Below, in pieces: positions 1-12,381 of a DNA stretch of 64,000 nucleotides. Where the stretch lies: NCBI RefSeq assembly GCF_006345805.1, contig NC_042997.1, positions 189,286,001 through 189,350,000 on the forward strand. Reading direction: 5' to 3'. Below the pieces are notes generated by a model that saw only the letters and a list, made by a program, of their open reading frames with translations, had not been told where the DNA came from and made no database searches. The stretch is from Octopus sinensis (taxonomy: Eukaryota). The first letter of the stretch is position 1. Every line of letters begins with the position of its first letter. Both the position numbers and the translations under genes were made by a program.

Positions 1-151
1 TATGTGATCATACGTATACATTTACTCACATGTATCTACGCGCCCGTCACAAAACAAATATTTTCTTGACAGATATATTAAGATAAATAAACGAGTATGT
101 TAAAATGAATATGCGCGCATTAGATACATATACATATATGAATACGCTAGA

Positions 152-185
152 GCATATATATATATATATATAATATAATATATAT

Positions 186-228
<43 letters not shown>

Positions 229-259
229 TATATATATGTATGTATATATATTATGTATG

Positions 260-306
<47 letters not shown>

Positions 307-307
307 A

Positions 308-339
<32 letters not shown>

Positions 340-340
340 A
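152..340. repeat. (TA)n microsatellite, imperfect
   Basis: Directly visible alternating TA tract with a few interruptions. Confidence 0.95.
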
Positions 341-665
341 TCTCATAACGTGCATCTCAAATCTCGTATGCGTTATCGGCTGCTATACGCCATCATACAG
401 CAGGGTTACGCCTTTCACTGGATAGCTACGTAGAATACCGTTAGTGCATGTAGAGTTTATACAAAAATTTATGAAACAAGAAGATAGAATGAACAGGGTT
501 TACTCAGAAGTCACAATAAAAGAAACATTCATTGGCTGCAACTTTGAAGTCGCTTACTCTGTTCTTGTAAAAGTATAAATATGTATTTTAGAAAAAAAGC
601 ATATTGAGTAACCTTTCAGTAATGTAAAATTGTTTTCGTTATAACTTGACAGGAAAACAAAACAT

Positions 666-930
<265 letters not shown>

Positions 931-1000
931 TTGTTTGGTCTTCCTATATATATATTACGCACATATATCTTTATATATATATTATACACATATACATTAC

Positions 1001-1067
<67 letters not shown>

Positions 1068-1558
1068 CATTTATAAACACATACATACATACATATATTT
1101 ATATATATTTACATATGATTCTTTTCTTATTACGTCAACAATATTTTATATAAACATATACGTGTGTGTGTGTATGTGTGTGTGTGTGTATGTGTGTGTG
1201 TGTGAGTATTGTCACTGTGGCTAGAATGATAATTATAGAGGAAGTTAGTAGATGGGCAGACAACAAGGTGAATTAGATGGGTTAAGGAGATAAACAGATT
1301 AAACAATTTGGATAAATGATATCTTCAAAGATATGCAGACAAGGAGACAGGCGTATTCTCGCAAGATGCAGACAGGGAGGTGAGGGTAAGGTAGGAAGAT
1401 GAATAGGTAAACAGTGAAGCTGGTTTTCAGGAGTAAGATATGTAACAAATAGGTAGAGTACTAAATGGATAAATAAGTGGAAGGATGCATAAATAAGATA
1501 GACAGAATGGTAGATAGATAGGCTGGTGTATGCGTAGATCAATAGTGATATAGAACGA

Positions 1559-2468
1559 CTAGCAAAACGCTCCCCCCCACGTCCAATGGACGGTGCTGAG
1601 TTGTCGAACATTTAAACCAAATTTTCTCAAAACAACTTGTCCGACTCTCCGACTGTCCGACTTATACACGCCCTGATACCGTCGGTATCTACATATCAAA
1701 TTTGAGCGCAATCGGATGGAGGATGCCCGAGATCCTAGAAGACACACCCACACAGACAGACAAAACGGATTTTATATTTGAGAAACACTGGATCGTTTCG
1801 ATTAGAACGGCAGTTTTAAAAAAAATAATTTTCACGTAACTAAACACTTTTAAACTTCGTATACTGGTAAAATGTGTTTATTGTCCATTTTTCTCTTGGC
1901 TTTATTGAGAAAATTCTATCGTTTGTAAGATATTTGTTGCTTTTTTTCTTCAATTTCTGCAATTTCAACCAATCAATGACGTCTATTGAGTTGAAAACAT
2001 TCTGTGCCGTATGAATATATCCCTCGTTTAAGAAACAGATTGGGTTTATTTACATTTCTGAAGAAAAAAAAGATACCCTCCCCCCACCCCTAACCCTAAT
2101 CCTAACCCTAACCTTAACTAACCCTAACCCCAAAACAGATTGAAATGCAATAGATCGATACTAGGGTCATAATTATGGGTGACACAGCTAGAAACACTGA
2201 TTTAACCTAAATTTGAGACACCAGCAAAATAAGAAATAAAGATAGACTTTTTTTCTATTCCAAGAAAAACGATTTTACAAATGCACGTTCCCACGGCTTT
2301 ATCGATCGCATTCTCGCCTGGAATCGATTTTTGTAATTTTTTCAAGACTTATGCACGCCCTGATACCGTCGGTATCTACATATCAAATTTGAGCGTAATC
2401 GGATGGAGGAAGCCCGAGATCCTAGAAGACACACACACAGACAGACAGAACGGATTTTATATAATAGA
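1559..2468 (-). mobile_element. Non-autonomous Helitron-like element(s), composite, interrupted by a MITE
   Basis: On the minus strand the 5' end is A|TC-TATTATATAAAA (2468) and the 3' end is CTAG|T (1559), with a CGTCC-AAT-GGACG hairpin about 18 nt inside. About 115 bp is duplicated between ~1665-1780 and ~2355-2465, so two related copies are probably nested. Confidence 0.6.
1790..2195. mobile_element. GGATC-TIR MITE carrying (TAACCC)n-like repeats (right TIR eroded)
   Basis: Begins GGATCGTTTCGATTAGAACGGCAG and is the reverse-complement homologue of 17788-18192 and 20763-21182. TAACCC repeats at ~2090-2130. Confidence 0.75.
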
Positions 2469-2715
2469 TTGGGCAGATACATAAAGGAGGTACATGTGTG
2501 TACGTGTGTGTGTATGTATGTATGTATATATGTATGCATGTATTTATGTATGTATGTATTATATATACGTACATACGCACATACAGATAAGTATGTATGT
2601 ATGTATTTATGTATGTATGTATTATATATACATACATACGCATATACAGATAAGTGTATGCACACACAAAGACGCGCGCGTGCAGATATATTGTATTGTT
2701 AAAAAAACGATAAAC

Positions 2716-3022
2716 GTCGCCCTTTTCAAGCCCAGCCAGGCTCATGGGCCCGTTTTCCCGGTTTCTGTGGCGTATGTGTTCCCCTCAGCCGGACGGGACG
2801 CCAGTCCATCGCAGCGTTACTCGAGAAACGGGAAGAGAGAGAGCGAGAGAAAGTTGTAACGAAAGAGTACAACAGGGGTCGTCACCACCCCCCTGCCGGA
2901 GCCTCGTGGAGCTTTTAGGTGTTTTCGCTCAATAAACACACACAACACCCGGTCTGGGAATCGAAACCGTGATCCTCCGACCGCGAATCCGCTGCCCTAA
3001 CCACTGGGCCATTGCGCCTCCA
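2716..3022 (-). mobile_element. tRNA-headed SINE, family D
   Basis: Minus strand AGGCGCAATGGCCCAGTGG (A box) ... GGTTTCGATTCC (B box); homologous to 41358-41628 and 23757-24110. Confidence 0.85.
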
Positions 3023-3576
3023 CCATATTGTATTGTTGGGATCACCCAAAGTTACAAATAAGATGTATTTTCTCAGCATAAAATAGTAACTGAATGGTCA
3101 ACTCTCGAGAAAGCTAGCAAAAAGGATACGGAAGATCAAAATGTTCAATACAAACACTAAAATTAAGAATTTATGAGGCATACGTCCTCAGCATATTCCT
3201 GTATGTTTCTAAGATATTTACTATTTATTCAAGATATGCTAATAAGCTAAATTCTTTCCATTTTCAAAGTCTACGTAAGATCCTAAATATCCAATGTTGA
3301 TAAAATCAACAGCATTCATGTTTTGCAGTTAAGATAACTGCTAAGCTTGGCATCGTGACATAATCTATTACAGACACGAGGTTTAGTTTGAATTAAGTTT
3401 GCCGTATATCTTACTGGTGTATGTTTTCAGAATCCACAGTTCTATTCACCAAATACTGAACATCGATCACTGGGATTGGGGGTTCAAACCCAGTAGTATG
3501 CAGTTTCTCTGGTGTGAAAATCAGTTACTACAATATGTTACTACAACATATTAAGTTTTGTTGAAACGTTGCCAAC

Positions 3577-4020
3577 AGGCGCAGGAGTGGCTGTGTGGTA
3601 AGTAGCTTGCTAACCAACCACATGGTTCCGGGTTCAGTCCTACTGCGTGGCATCTTGGGCAAGTGTCTTCTGCTATAGCCTCGGGCCGACCAAAGCCTTG
3701 TGAGTGGATTTGGTAGACGGAAACTGAAAGAAGCCTGTCGTATATATTTATATATATATATATATGTATGTGTGTTTGTTTGTGTGTCTGTGTTTGTTCC
3801 CCTAGCATTGCTTGACAACCGATACTGGTGTGTTTACGTCTCCGTCACTTAGCGGTTCGGCAAAAAGAGACCGATAGAATAAGTACTGGGCTTACAAAAA
3901 AAGAATAAGTCCCGGGGTCGAGTTGCTCGACTAAAGGCGGTGCTCCAGCATGGCCGCAGTCAAATGACTGAAACAAATAAAATAGTAAATAGTAAAAATA
4001 GTAAAATAGTAAAAAAATAG
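3577..4020 (+). mobile_element. tRNA-headed SINE, family A (internal TA/TG tract, AGTAA(A) tail)
   Basis: Head AGGCGCAGGAGTGGCTGTGTGG...GGTTCAGTCC, a CTTGGGCAAGTGTCTT central block and a 3' GGCGGTGCTCCAGCATGGCCGCAGTCAAATGACTGAAAC end; more than 10 copies in the window. Confidence 0.9.
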
Positions 4021-4127
4021 TAATAGTCGTAGTGTAGCAGAGTATTATGGAATTAATTGCCTTTGGTCTTGTTCCATAGTTTTTGCTTAAATTGTTTACT
4101 ATAATTTTTCAAGAACATTTATATGTA

Positions 4128-4523
4128 GCTTGCTTATCAATCACATGGTTCCAGGTTCAGTCCCAATGCGTGGCACCTCAGGTAAGTGTCTTCCACTATA
4201 GCCTCGGGCCTACCAAAGCATTGTGAGTGGATTTGGTAGACGGAAACTGAAAGAAGCCCGTCGTATATATGTATATAATATGTGTGTGTGTGTGTGTGTG
4301 TATGTGTTTGTGTGTCTGTGTTTGTCCCCCCCCAACATCACTTGACAACCGATACTGGTGTGTCTACGTCCCCGTAACTTAGCAGTTCGGCGAAAGAGAC
4401 CGATAGAATAAGTACTAGGCTTACAATGAATAAGTCCTGGGGTCGATTTGCTCGACTAAAGGCGGTGCTCCAGCATGGCCGCAGGCAAATGACTGAAACA
4501 AGTAAAAGAGTAAAAAGAGAGTA
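4128..4523 (+). mobile_element. SINE family A copy (head eroded)
   Basis: Colinear with 3577-4020. Confidence 0.85.
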
Positions 4524-5418
4524 TGTAGCTATTTTGAGAGTGACTTCACTTCTTGATGTGAAGACAAAAAGCAACAATTAGAGAGAATTAAATAGTGTAT
4601 AATAAAGAAAATAATTTTCAAACTGATCTTTCGTAAGACCGCCCCTTGAATATTACGTATATGGATTTTATACCATCTCAAGAATCAAATGCTTCAGAAA
4701 ATAAAGTTTCAAAAGAAATTATGTAGTTGATGGTTTGCTAATAAACTATTCGACAACGGCTAGTATATACGGATAGTAAAATACATCTAAGAAAATTAAA
4801 CACAAATATGGGCGCCTCAAAGACACACCGAGTTCAATAAAAGAGTCTTTTTGCGGAAGCTTGATTGCTAGAAACAACAGACAAATGTAAAATGAAAGCC
4901 TCTCTACATAATGTAGTCTGAGGGATACACAGTGTCCTTGATACTAAACGATAATTAAGTCTATTCGATTATTCTACATGATCGTTAGACGTGCTACATA
5001 AATATTTCTTAATCGATTTAATAATGGAAGGAGCACAGATTTTTGTTCTTTTTAACCCTCTCAGACCTATGGCCCTGTACCCAACTTTACCCTTCACCTG
5101 AGCTCCGAGCAAAAAAAAAAAAAAATGAATAGTTGAGTATACAACTCAAGCGTAACGATTGCAGGCAGCCTAATGAACAGAATCGACTGCATCATATTTT
5201 GCTACGTGTCTTGTTCATTACGGTCTTATTGGGAATCCGGCAGAGATAAAGTTTAACCTATTCCCGCTGCAGCGGCACAACGGTGTGATATGGTTAAAAT
5301 AGTAGAGTGAAAATTGGAGGGGATTTAGCTGTGTTATTTCTAACCGATCGAATGACAACGCAGAGACTCAGGTGTTGGTTTATCATTGGCTCGTTGTTGA
5401 TGGTTATGGTAGTAAATA

Positions 5419-5794
5419 AGGCGGCGAGCTGGCAGAAACGTTAGCACGCCGGGTTCAAATTCCGCCGAGGTCGACTTTGCCTTTCATCCTTTCGGGGTCG
5501 ATAAATTAAGTACCAGTTACGCACTGGAGTCGACATGTTCGACTTAATCCGTTTGTCTATCCTTGTTTGTCCCCTCTGTGTGTAGCCCCTTGTGGGTAGT
5601 AAAGAAATAGGTATTTCGTCAGCCGCTACGTTCTGAGTTCAAATTCCGCCGAGGTTGACTTTGCCTTTTATCCTTTCGGTGTTGATAAATTAAGTACCAG
5701 TTATGCACTGGGGTTGATATAATCGACTTAATCCGTTTGTCTGTCCTTGTTTGTCCTCTCTGCGTTTAGCCCCTTGTGGGTAGTAAAGAAATAG
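5419..5794 (+). mobile_element. tRNA-headed SINE family B, two tandem units
   Basis: Head AGGCGGCGAGCTGGCAGAA; the core GTCGACTTTGCCTTTCATCCTTTCGGGGTCGATAAATTAAGTACCAG occurs twice. The core resembles the Meta-type SINE domain (from memory, not searched). Confidence 0.85.
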
Positions 5795-6216
5795 GTAATG
5801 GTAGTAAATGTGTGTACAACTGGAATTACTTGTTACTACTGTTATTCTTGTTATGGCAGTTGTTATTGTTGTTGTCGTTGATAGTGTTGCTGTTTATATT
5901 TTGTCGATGTTGTTGTTACTGGTATTGATAACGGAAGAACTTCGGTTTAGAGTTGGGTTGTAAAACGAATGAGATTAGTTAAGTGTTATAAAAATGGAGG
6001 AGAAACTATATTTCGAGAAAAAAAGCAATGTAATAGGTTTTTGTACCGAAATATATTTGCGTTCGTTGAGGAAAAATAGAAAAGACGAATAACTAGATAC
6101 GGAAAGATCCGGTTATTGGAAATCAATAAGGAGGTCACGTGATTCTCAGAGCCAATTACAACTACTTTTCATAAAAGACTGAAACTAGTTTTCTTTCATT
6201 GCAACTGTTGAGTATC

Positions 6217-6219
<3 letters not shown>

Positions 6220-6257
<38 letters not shown>

Positions 6258-6600
6258 GGTGTGTGTGTGTATGTGTGTGTGTATGTATGTGTGTATGTAT
6301 GTATGTATGTACGTATGTATGCATGCATGTATGTATGTATGTATGTATGTATGTATGTATGTATGCATGCATGTATGTATGTATGTATGTATGCTTGCAT
6401 GGACACGTGCATGCGTGTAAGATATATACCTACAAGCATACACTTATATATATATGTATATATATAAATAATATGTAATATATATGCATATATATATTTA
6501 TATGTACGTACATACACACACACACAAACACACACACATATATATATGCATATATATATGTATATGTACATACATACACACATATATATGCATATATAGC
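6220..6600. repeat. (TG)n/(TGTA)n/(TA)n compound microsatellite
   Basis: Directly visible. Confidence 0.9.
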
Positions 6601-6910
6601 TACAGGACGTCACAAACCGTAAACAACATGAAATAAGAAAACGGAAGAGTTGAATACGCAAACAACGAGAGAAGCAAATGGAAAACAGGACAAGTAACAT
6701 AAAGAAAGGCCCTTCATCAGTTGTCGGCTATCCATCTACTCATTTCGAGCATTGAACGACAATATGAGTCTTCGAAGGCAGTCGCTCCTGCAAACCAAAA
6801 TAAAATTTGGGATTTGTGGAGGGTCAAAGTTGGTAACAAAAACAGGACAGTGGAGACATACAAGGAACCGAACGAAAACAAACATGGAGGGTCGTTAGAC
6901 CAGACAAAGG
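6599..6910 (-). mobile_element. Microsatellite-embedded short non-autonomous element, family P2 (hammerhead-core bearing, Penelope-like)
   Basis: Flanked by (TA)n and (TGTA)n. Shares the TACAGGAC(G/A)TCA end and internal blocks with 11248-11426, 18948-19315 and 38341-38474. Confidence 0.7.
6709..6769 (-). ncRNA. Candidate hammerhead ribozyme with permuted, doubly pseudoknotted topology
   Basis: Minus-strand RNA: ACUCAU-A-UUGUCG-uucaau-GCUC-GAA-AUGAGU-agauggauagc-CGACAA-CUGAUGA-A-GGGC. Helix III is ACUCAU/AUGAGU, helix I is UUGUCG/CGACAA, helix II is GGGC/GCUC. The cores CUGAUGA, GAAA and the AUA triplet are all in register. Confidence 0.6.
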
Positions 6911-6911
<1 letters not shown>

Positions 6912-6942
<31 letters not shown>

Positions 6943-7237
6943 TGTATGTATGTATGTATGTATGTATGTATGTATGCATATATGTATGTATGCATGTATG
7001 TATTTATGTATGTATGTATGTATGCATGCATGCATGCATGTATGTATGTATGTATGTATGTATGTATGTATGTATGTATGTATGTATGTATGTATGTTTA
7101 TTATTATGTATGTATGTGTATATATCCGTGCGTGCGCGTCTGTCAAGTATGGCAAGTATGTATAGAATTGTGTGAACGTGTGTGTATAACTATATTTTAC
7201 TGTCATTTCTATATATCTATCTATATAGCTGTCTATC

Positions 7238-7291
<54 letters not shown>

Positions 7292-7308
7292 AATATATAT
7301 ATATATAC

Positions 7309-7339
<31 letters not shown>

Positions 7340-7345
7340 CATACA
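6912..7345. repeat. (TGTA)n and (TA)n microsatellites
   Basis: Directly visible. Confidence 0.9.
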
Positions 7346-7951
7346 AGTGTGTGTGTGAGTGTATGCGTGCTCGGGCGTACACATAGAAACACGTGCACAG
7401 GTATATTTGTATATTTGCATGTATAAATAATATACAAACACCCGTGCATAATTGAATGTACTTACGTGTGCCCTGATATACATACATGTCTCTACAGAAA
7501 TTTAATTATATGCGATTGTATGCACACATATGTGAACATTAGTTGATGAGTGTTCGTAAATATAAGATACGTGTATATCATCAGCACATTCAGTTATTAG
7601 TTTCCAAAGAAAAGTACGCAGCACACCATAAGATCCCGTGAATTAATTAATTTCGTATAAGAAATTAACTTTAGCTTTACTCCTAAACAATTACTCTAGA
7701 TATTGACAGATATATAAACACTTTGACTACAAACCGAAACGAAGATGATGAAACTCAAGTAGTTTTAAATCTTAGTTGAGGATCATCCTGAGAGTAACAC
7801 TATGTTATTAGCCTTCGTTTTCTCATTCGTGGATATAATTTTCCAAATTGTTTTAGAACTAGGTTTCAAATTCCTTCTTATGTAGAATTTATTGTTAATT
7901 CCTATGCTGTAAAGCCGTAGGTCTTAATCAGTTATGAGTGCCTCCTATATA

Positions 7952-8051
<100 letters not shown>

Positions 8052-8055
8052 TATA

Positions 8056-8267
8056 TTTTCAACATGTGACCTCGTGAGCACCGCCAGCAATTTTTTTTCC
8101 TCTGTCTTCCCTTCTCGGGATCTTTCCTTCTCCTTTGTTTCTGACGAAGAGCTCCGCTCGAAACGTTAGACCCTCCTTCTTGCCTTCTTTCCTGAGCGTC
8201 CAATAATACTTTATTTTGTTCCACGTCCTCGCGTCGCTGTGTTTTTTGTGTGTTTTCTTGTTTGGAT

Positions 8268-8273
<6 letters not shown>
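8056..8273 (+). mobile_element. (TA)n-embedded ~215 bp element, family P1, with minimal type I hammerhead (Penelope pLTR-like)
   Basis: Flanked by (TA)n on both sides; reverse-complement homologue of 28098-28312 and 28362-28576. Confidence 0.75.
8137..8171 (+). ncRNA. Minimal type I hammerhead ribozyme motif
   Basis: GUUU-CUGACGA-A-GAGC-ucc-GCUC-GAA-ACGU-U-AGAC. Stem I is GUUU/AGAC, stem II is GAGC/GCUC, and stem III is the palindrome ACGU (dimer-type, as described for Penelope-associated hammerheads). Confidence 0.65.
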
Positions 8274-8307
<34 letters not shown>

Positions 8308-8333
8308 AGAGAGAAAGAGTGTGTGTGTGTGTG

Positions 8334-8371
<38 letters not shown>

Positions 8372-9510
8372 CAAGTTCTTGTTCTTTAAAAACCTTTGTA
8401 AAGAGGTAATTCACTCGAGATATCATGATGAATTAAATATTTCAAATGTAACATTTCGTTGTCTTTGATATTCTATTTTTATTGGTATTCAATGTTCCAA
8501 CAGAATTACCAAAACTTTCTACAGCACACTGTTTTCTAGATTTTTAATATATTTTATTTTATCTGTTCTCAGTTTAAATATAATTGGGGTTAACTTCGTG
8601 TTCTTCCTTAATAGCCCTTTCACTCTCTGGATCACATTAGAAATTTTCCTTTTCAGCCAGCTGCAGTATACGTTTATGAAATGCTCACATTTCATAAACG
8701 GTGTACTGCAGTTGGGGTCGATAAGATAAATATCAATTGAACAACAACAACAACAACAATAAAATATCTACCTTGTATTAAGGAAAAAAACAAAACAAAA
8801 ACGAACAAATTTGAAAAGTAAGCAAACTTTTCAAGTAGTGTTATGAAAAAGAAGCGAAAATATTTGTTACTGAACACCAAAATTCTGACTAAATTCAGAA
8901 TGCTCTCATCACGTAAATATTTACAAAGCAATTTCCAAAAAGAATATCAGTTCCTATGCCTCTCCAAAGTCAACTAAAAAGAATGAACTTTTTTTTCTTC
9001 TTAGAATGCCAAATTCATTTGGTCATGAGACAGCTACAGATAAAATACTTTCAGAAAAACCTACGCAGATTCTTACAGATACTGTTTCAGGATATTCTCA
9101 AAGACATTAACCGTTTTGGTGAATATGTTTAATAGCTAACATTACTAGTAGATTATTTTTGTGTGTTCCCGAGAAATAGTTTTAGACTAAACAATAATTA
9201 AAAGATAGAAAAAGAAAGAACATAAAGAACAAGAAACAAGAAATTACTTCAAGTACAAAATGCATATCTAACGCATGACTTAAGATTACACAAGTTAGCA
9301 AAGCCTGGGTCTCATGTGTGCACACGTACACCCATATATTGATACTCACTTGCACACAAGTACACATATATTTGTATGCATATACAAACATAATCACTAG
9401 TGCATATATACACACATATAAACACGCATCTTTTGATATATATGCTGAACATGTTATTCAAATAACAGTGGAGAATATTTCTGCATATTACACCTTGTTT
9501 ATTTACCTGT

Positions 9511-9703
9511 TTATTGAAGTAAGGCTAATGCACCAAAACTAAATATAACTATCACTTGAAGTGCGTTCTTAAATTGCTGCCACACCCACTTCGCAACACA
9601 TTGCCCTTCTCGGGTCACTTCATTTGTTTTGCATCGTTTCTTGTATTTAGCTTTCTTCGCATCCTTCTGAACCGTATCTAGCATTTTTGGTTTTATTTCT
9701 CTG
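9511..9703 (-). CDS. Candidate terminal coding exon, unassigned (xREIKPKMLDTVQKDAKKAKYKKRCKTNEVTREGQCVAKWVWQQFKNALQVIVIFSFGALALLQ*)
   Basis: Acceptor TGTACTTCAG| followed by 64 codons ending in TAA, with a hydrophobic C-terminus. Its phase would fit the GTATGT donor at 15670. No recognisable homology. Confidence 0.25.
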
Positions 9704-11160
9704 CTGAAGTACAGCGTTCACACAGACATACCAGTAGCAGTATTAGCAGTAGTTAAGTAGAGACGGTACAGCTGCTTCGACTAACATATTAGTAAATTTA
9801 ATATGGTACCGAAGGAAGATGAATGATAGAAATTTTGGGGCATGGGGAAATTCCTTGCATTAATTAGTACAACCTTCTACATTCCCAGTTCATACAGTGC
9901 CGAGGTGTTCTCAGTCTTTCAGTTAATTATACAAGCACCAATAAAGTAAATTTAATCGATTTACATCCCGATCCTTCCTTCCAACCCTGTTTCTGATCTC
10001 ACCATATAGATATACAAGAAATCAATATTATATAATATTATAGCAACAGAGTGGCAGAAATGGTAGAAAACTGGTCAATAAATGCCTAACAACTATTCGT
10101 TTCATTTTGTGTTCAAATCCCACTTTCAGTTCACAAGTCAAAATGCACAGGAATTAAAATTGGCCCACCCTTGATGAATCGAGCGTAGAACCTCCTGGGG
10201 TTAATAAAAAATATGTATCCTTACTAAGAGGTGAAGGATGAGTGCACATACTAGGCTTGGTGGCAGCTAATGAGTAAAGGAAAGCTACACGCCCTCAGTG
10301 AGAGAGAGAAATCACAAAGACAAGGGAGGAGATAGACTAAATACTAGAGAATAAATAAATGCTTTATTGACAGTTACTAAACATCATTATAAGAGATTTC
10401 TGTCTTCATTTCTAAATAGTATTACGTAATTAAATTATAAAGCAAGCATCGAAGAAAATAAGACCTTTGTTATAAAAAAAAGAAAGCTACCTGTAGAAAT
10501 GATTACAAATCGGCAATTCTTTTCAGATTTGTCTTTTGTAAACTTTCAAAAATATTTTTGTTTACGATAGCAATACTAATTTATAAGCTTAAAGCTTATA
10601 AGCGATCACCGTGTAATTACTAAAGAAAATAGTCTAATATTGAGGCTTGCGACATATAAGCCCTCAACAGAAAAAAGTAGGGTTTCTGTATGTATGAGAC
10701 TCGAACCCATAGTTCGTTGTTCTTAACGAAAAAGTGTGCTACCATTACATCAACGTATATAATACATATACATTATTCTGCCTAGACATAGTGGTACTAA
10801 TATCCCGGTATTAGAACTCGATATACATATGCTCCAGAACAAAGCCTCAGTCAAGTATAAAGCAGTAATAAGAAATTAAAATGACAAAGGAATGTACTTC
10901 ATTAGCTTCGTGTCTGCTATAAGATGCAATACACCAACAGTTGAGTGCTTGTGTTTCAATTGTCAATATATATATATTTATATATATACACAAGGTTGAC
11001 CAAAAGTCACCCGACAATAAATCAAAATTCCATAAATATCTAATAATCAATTTTATTTATTCATTCCAATTATATGGATGTTTAATAATTGAATGCTGTG
11101 AGCAAAAATCACGGTTCTTTTTTTCAACATTTGTCTATCCATCCATATATATATAATATA

Positions 11161-11211
<51 letters not shown>

Positions 11212-11247
11212 TACCTACATATATATGTTTATATACATACATATATG

Positions 11248-11426
11248 GGTACAGGACATCAAAAAACGTTGAACACAATGAGAAACGAAAACATAAAGCA
11301 AAAATATAGAAACGAACTTTTTTCAAACAACGAAAAAACAGAGAACTGAGACATACAACATAAAGAATATTCCCCTTTTTCAGTTGTCCCTGTTTCATCT
11401 ACTCCGCGTTTCGAAGGAAAGGACAA
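11248..11426 (-). mobile_element. Family P2 copy whose 5' boundary coincides with the predicted ribozyme cleavage site
   Basis: The minus strand starts UUGUCC directly after TA/TACA microsatellite. Helix I is UUGUCC/GGACAA, helix II is GGGG/CUUC, and the core reads CUGAAAA (G8 mutated). Confidence 0.7.
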
Positions 11427-11967
11427 TATATACATACATATATATATGTGTGTGTATGTGTGTGTGTGTGTGTGTATGTAAAGAGAGAAAAGGATAGAGG
11501 GATAGAGAGAGAGAGGCATCACTCCAGTTTTGTGCGCCACTATTATTTTGATTCTTAAATCTTTCTAAAAAGTACATACTTTGTAATTAAAATTTGCAGT
11601 GATAGGTTTTCGAAGGAGTAGATTGCGATTATGCTGACAGCATTTAGAAATATATTTATTGCAAATATACAAATAGAACAATTTGCTTTATTTAATTATA
11701 TTTTAAGGCAATAAATATTTTCTTTTGAAAATTAGCATTCAGTTCAACGCTTTGTATGAGCGCCAAGAAATCTAACAAAAGTTAAATTATAATTATTATA
11801 TGTGGGATATATTTTCTGATATTATATATGGTGGCAAAGGTATACGCCCAGAATTGGCCTTCATATGATATCCAACGCTCTGCTGTATAATATTATTAAC
11901 ATAAAGTCGCAGACAGGGTATTGAATAAATTCAATTGGAATTCGGATTATTTTCTGGATTTGTGAAG

Positions 11968-12153
11968 TCGGCGAGCTGGCGAAATCGTTAGTATGCCGGA
12001 CAAAATGCTTAGTGGCCTTTCGTCCTTCATTACCCTCTGAGTTCAAATTCGGGGTCGATGAAATAAGTACCAGTTACGCACTGGGGTCGATGTAATCGAC
12101 TAGTCCCCTGCCCCTAAATTTCAGGCCTTGTGCCTCTAGTAGAAAGAATTATT
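11968..12153 (+). mobile_element. SINE family B copy
   Basis: GGCGAGCTGGCGAAATCGTTAG head, GAGTTCAAATTC B box, partial core. Confidence 0.75.
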
Positions 12154-12381
12154 TTCTGGATTTGATAAAATCCAGTAAAAAAAGATGTGAAAGAAAAAAT
12201 TGATTCCGAGCAGGATTTGAAATCGAAACGCAAAGAAAGACAACCATGTAACATAACGCATTCTGTTCGGTGTCCTAAACAGGGGTCCCCATCTACTAGG
12301 CTGTGGACCAGAAGCAGACCGTGGATCATTTGGTATCGGACCTCCCAGAAAGTATGAACTTTAAAATTTTATTTCTATTTT

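Noticed and set aside
1781-2199. AGAAACACTG repeated on both sides of the MITE as a 10-bp TSD
   Set aside because: The right-hand copy aligns with the element's own subterminal GCTAGAAAAAACTG seen in the other copies, so it is probably internal sequence.
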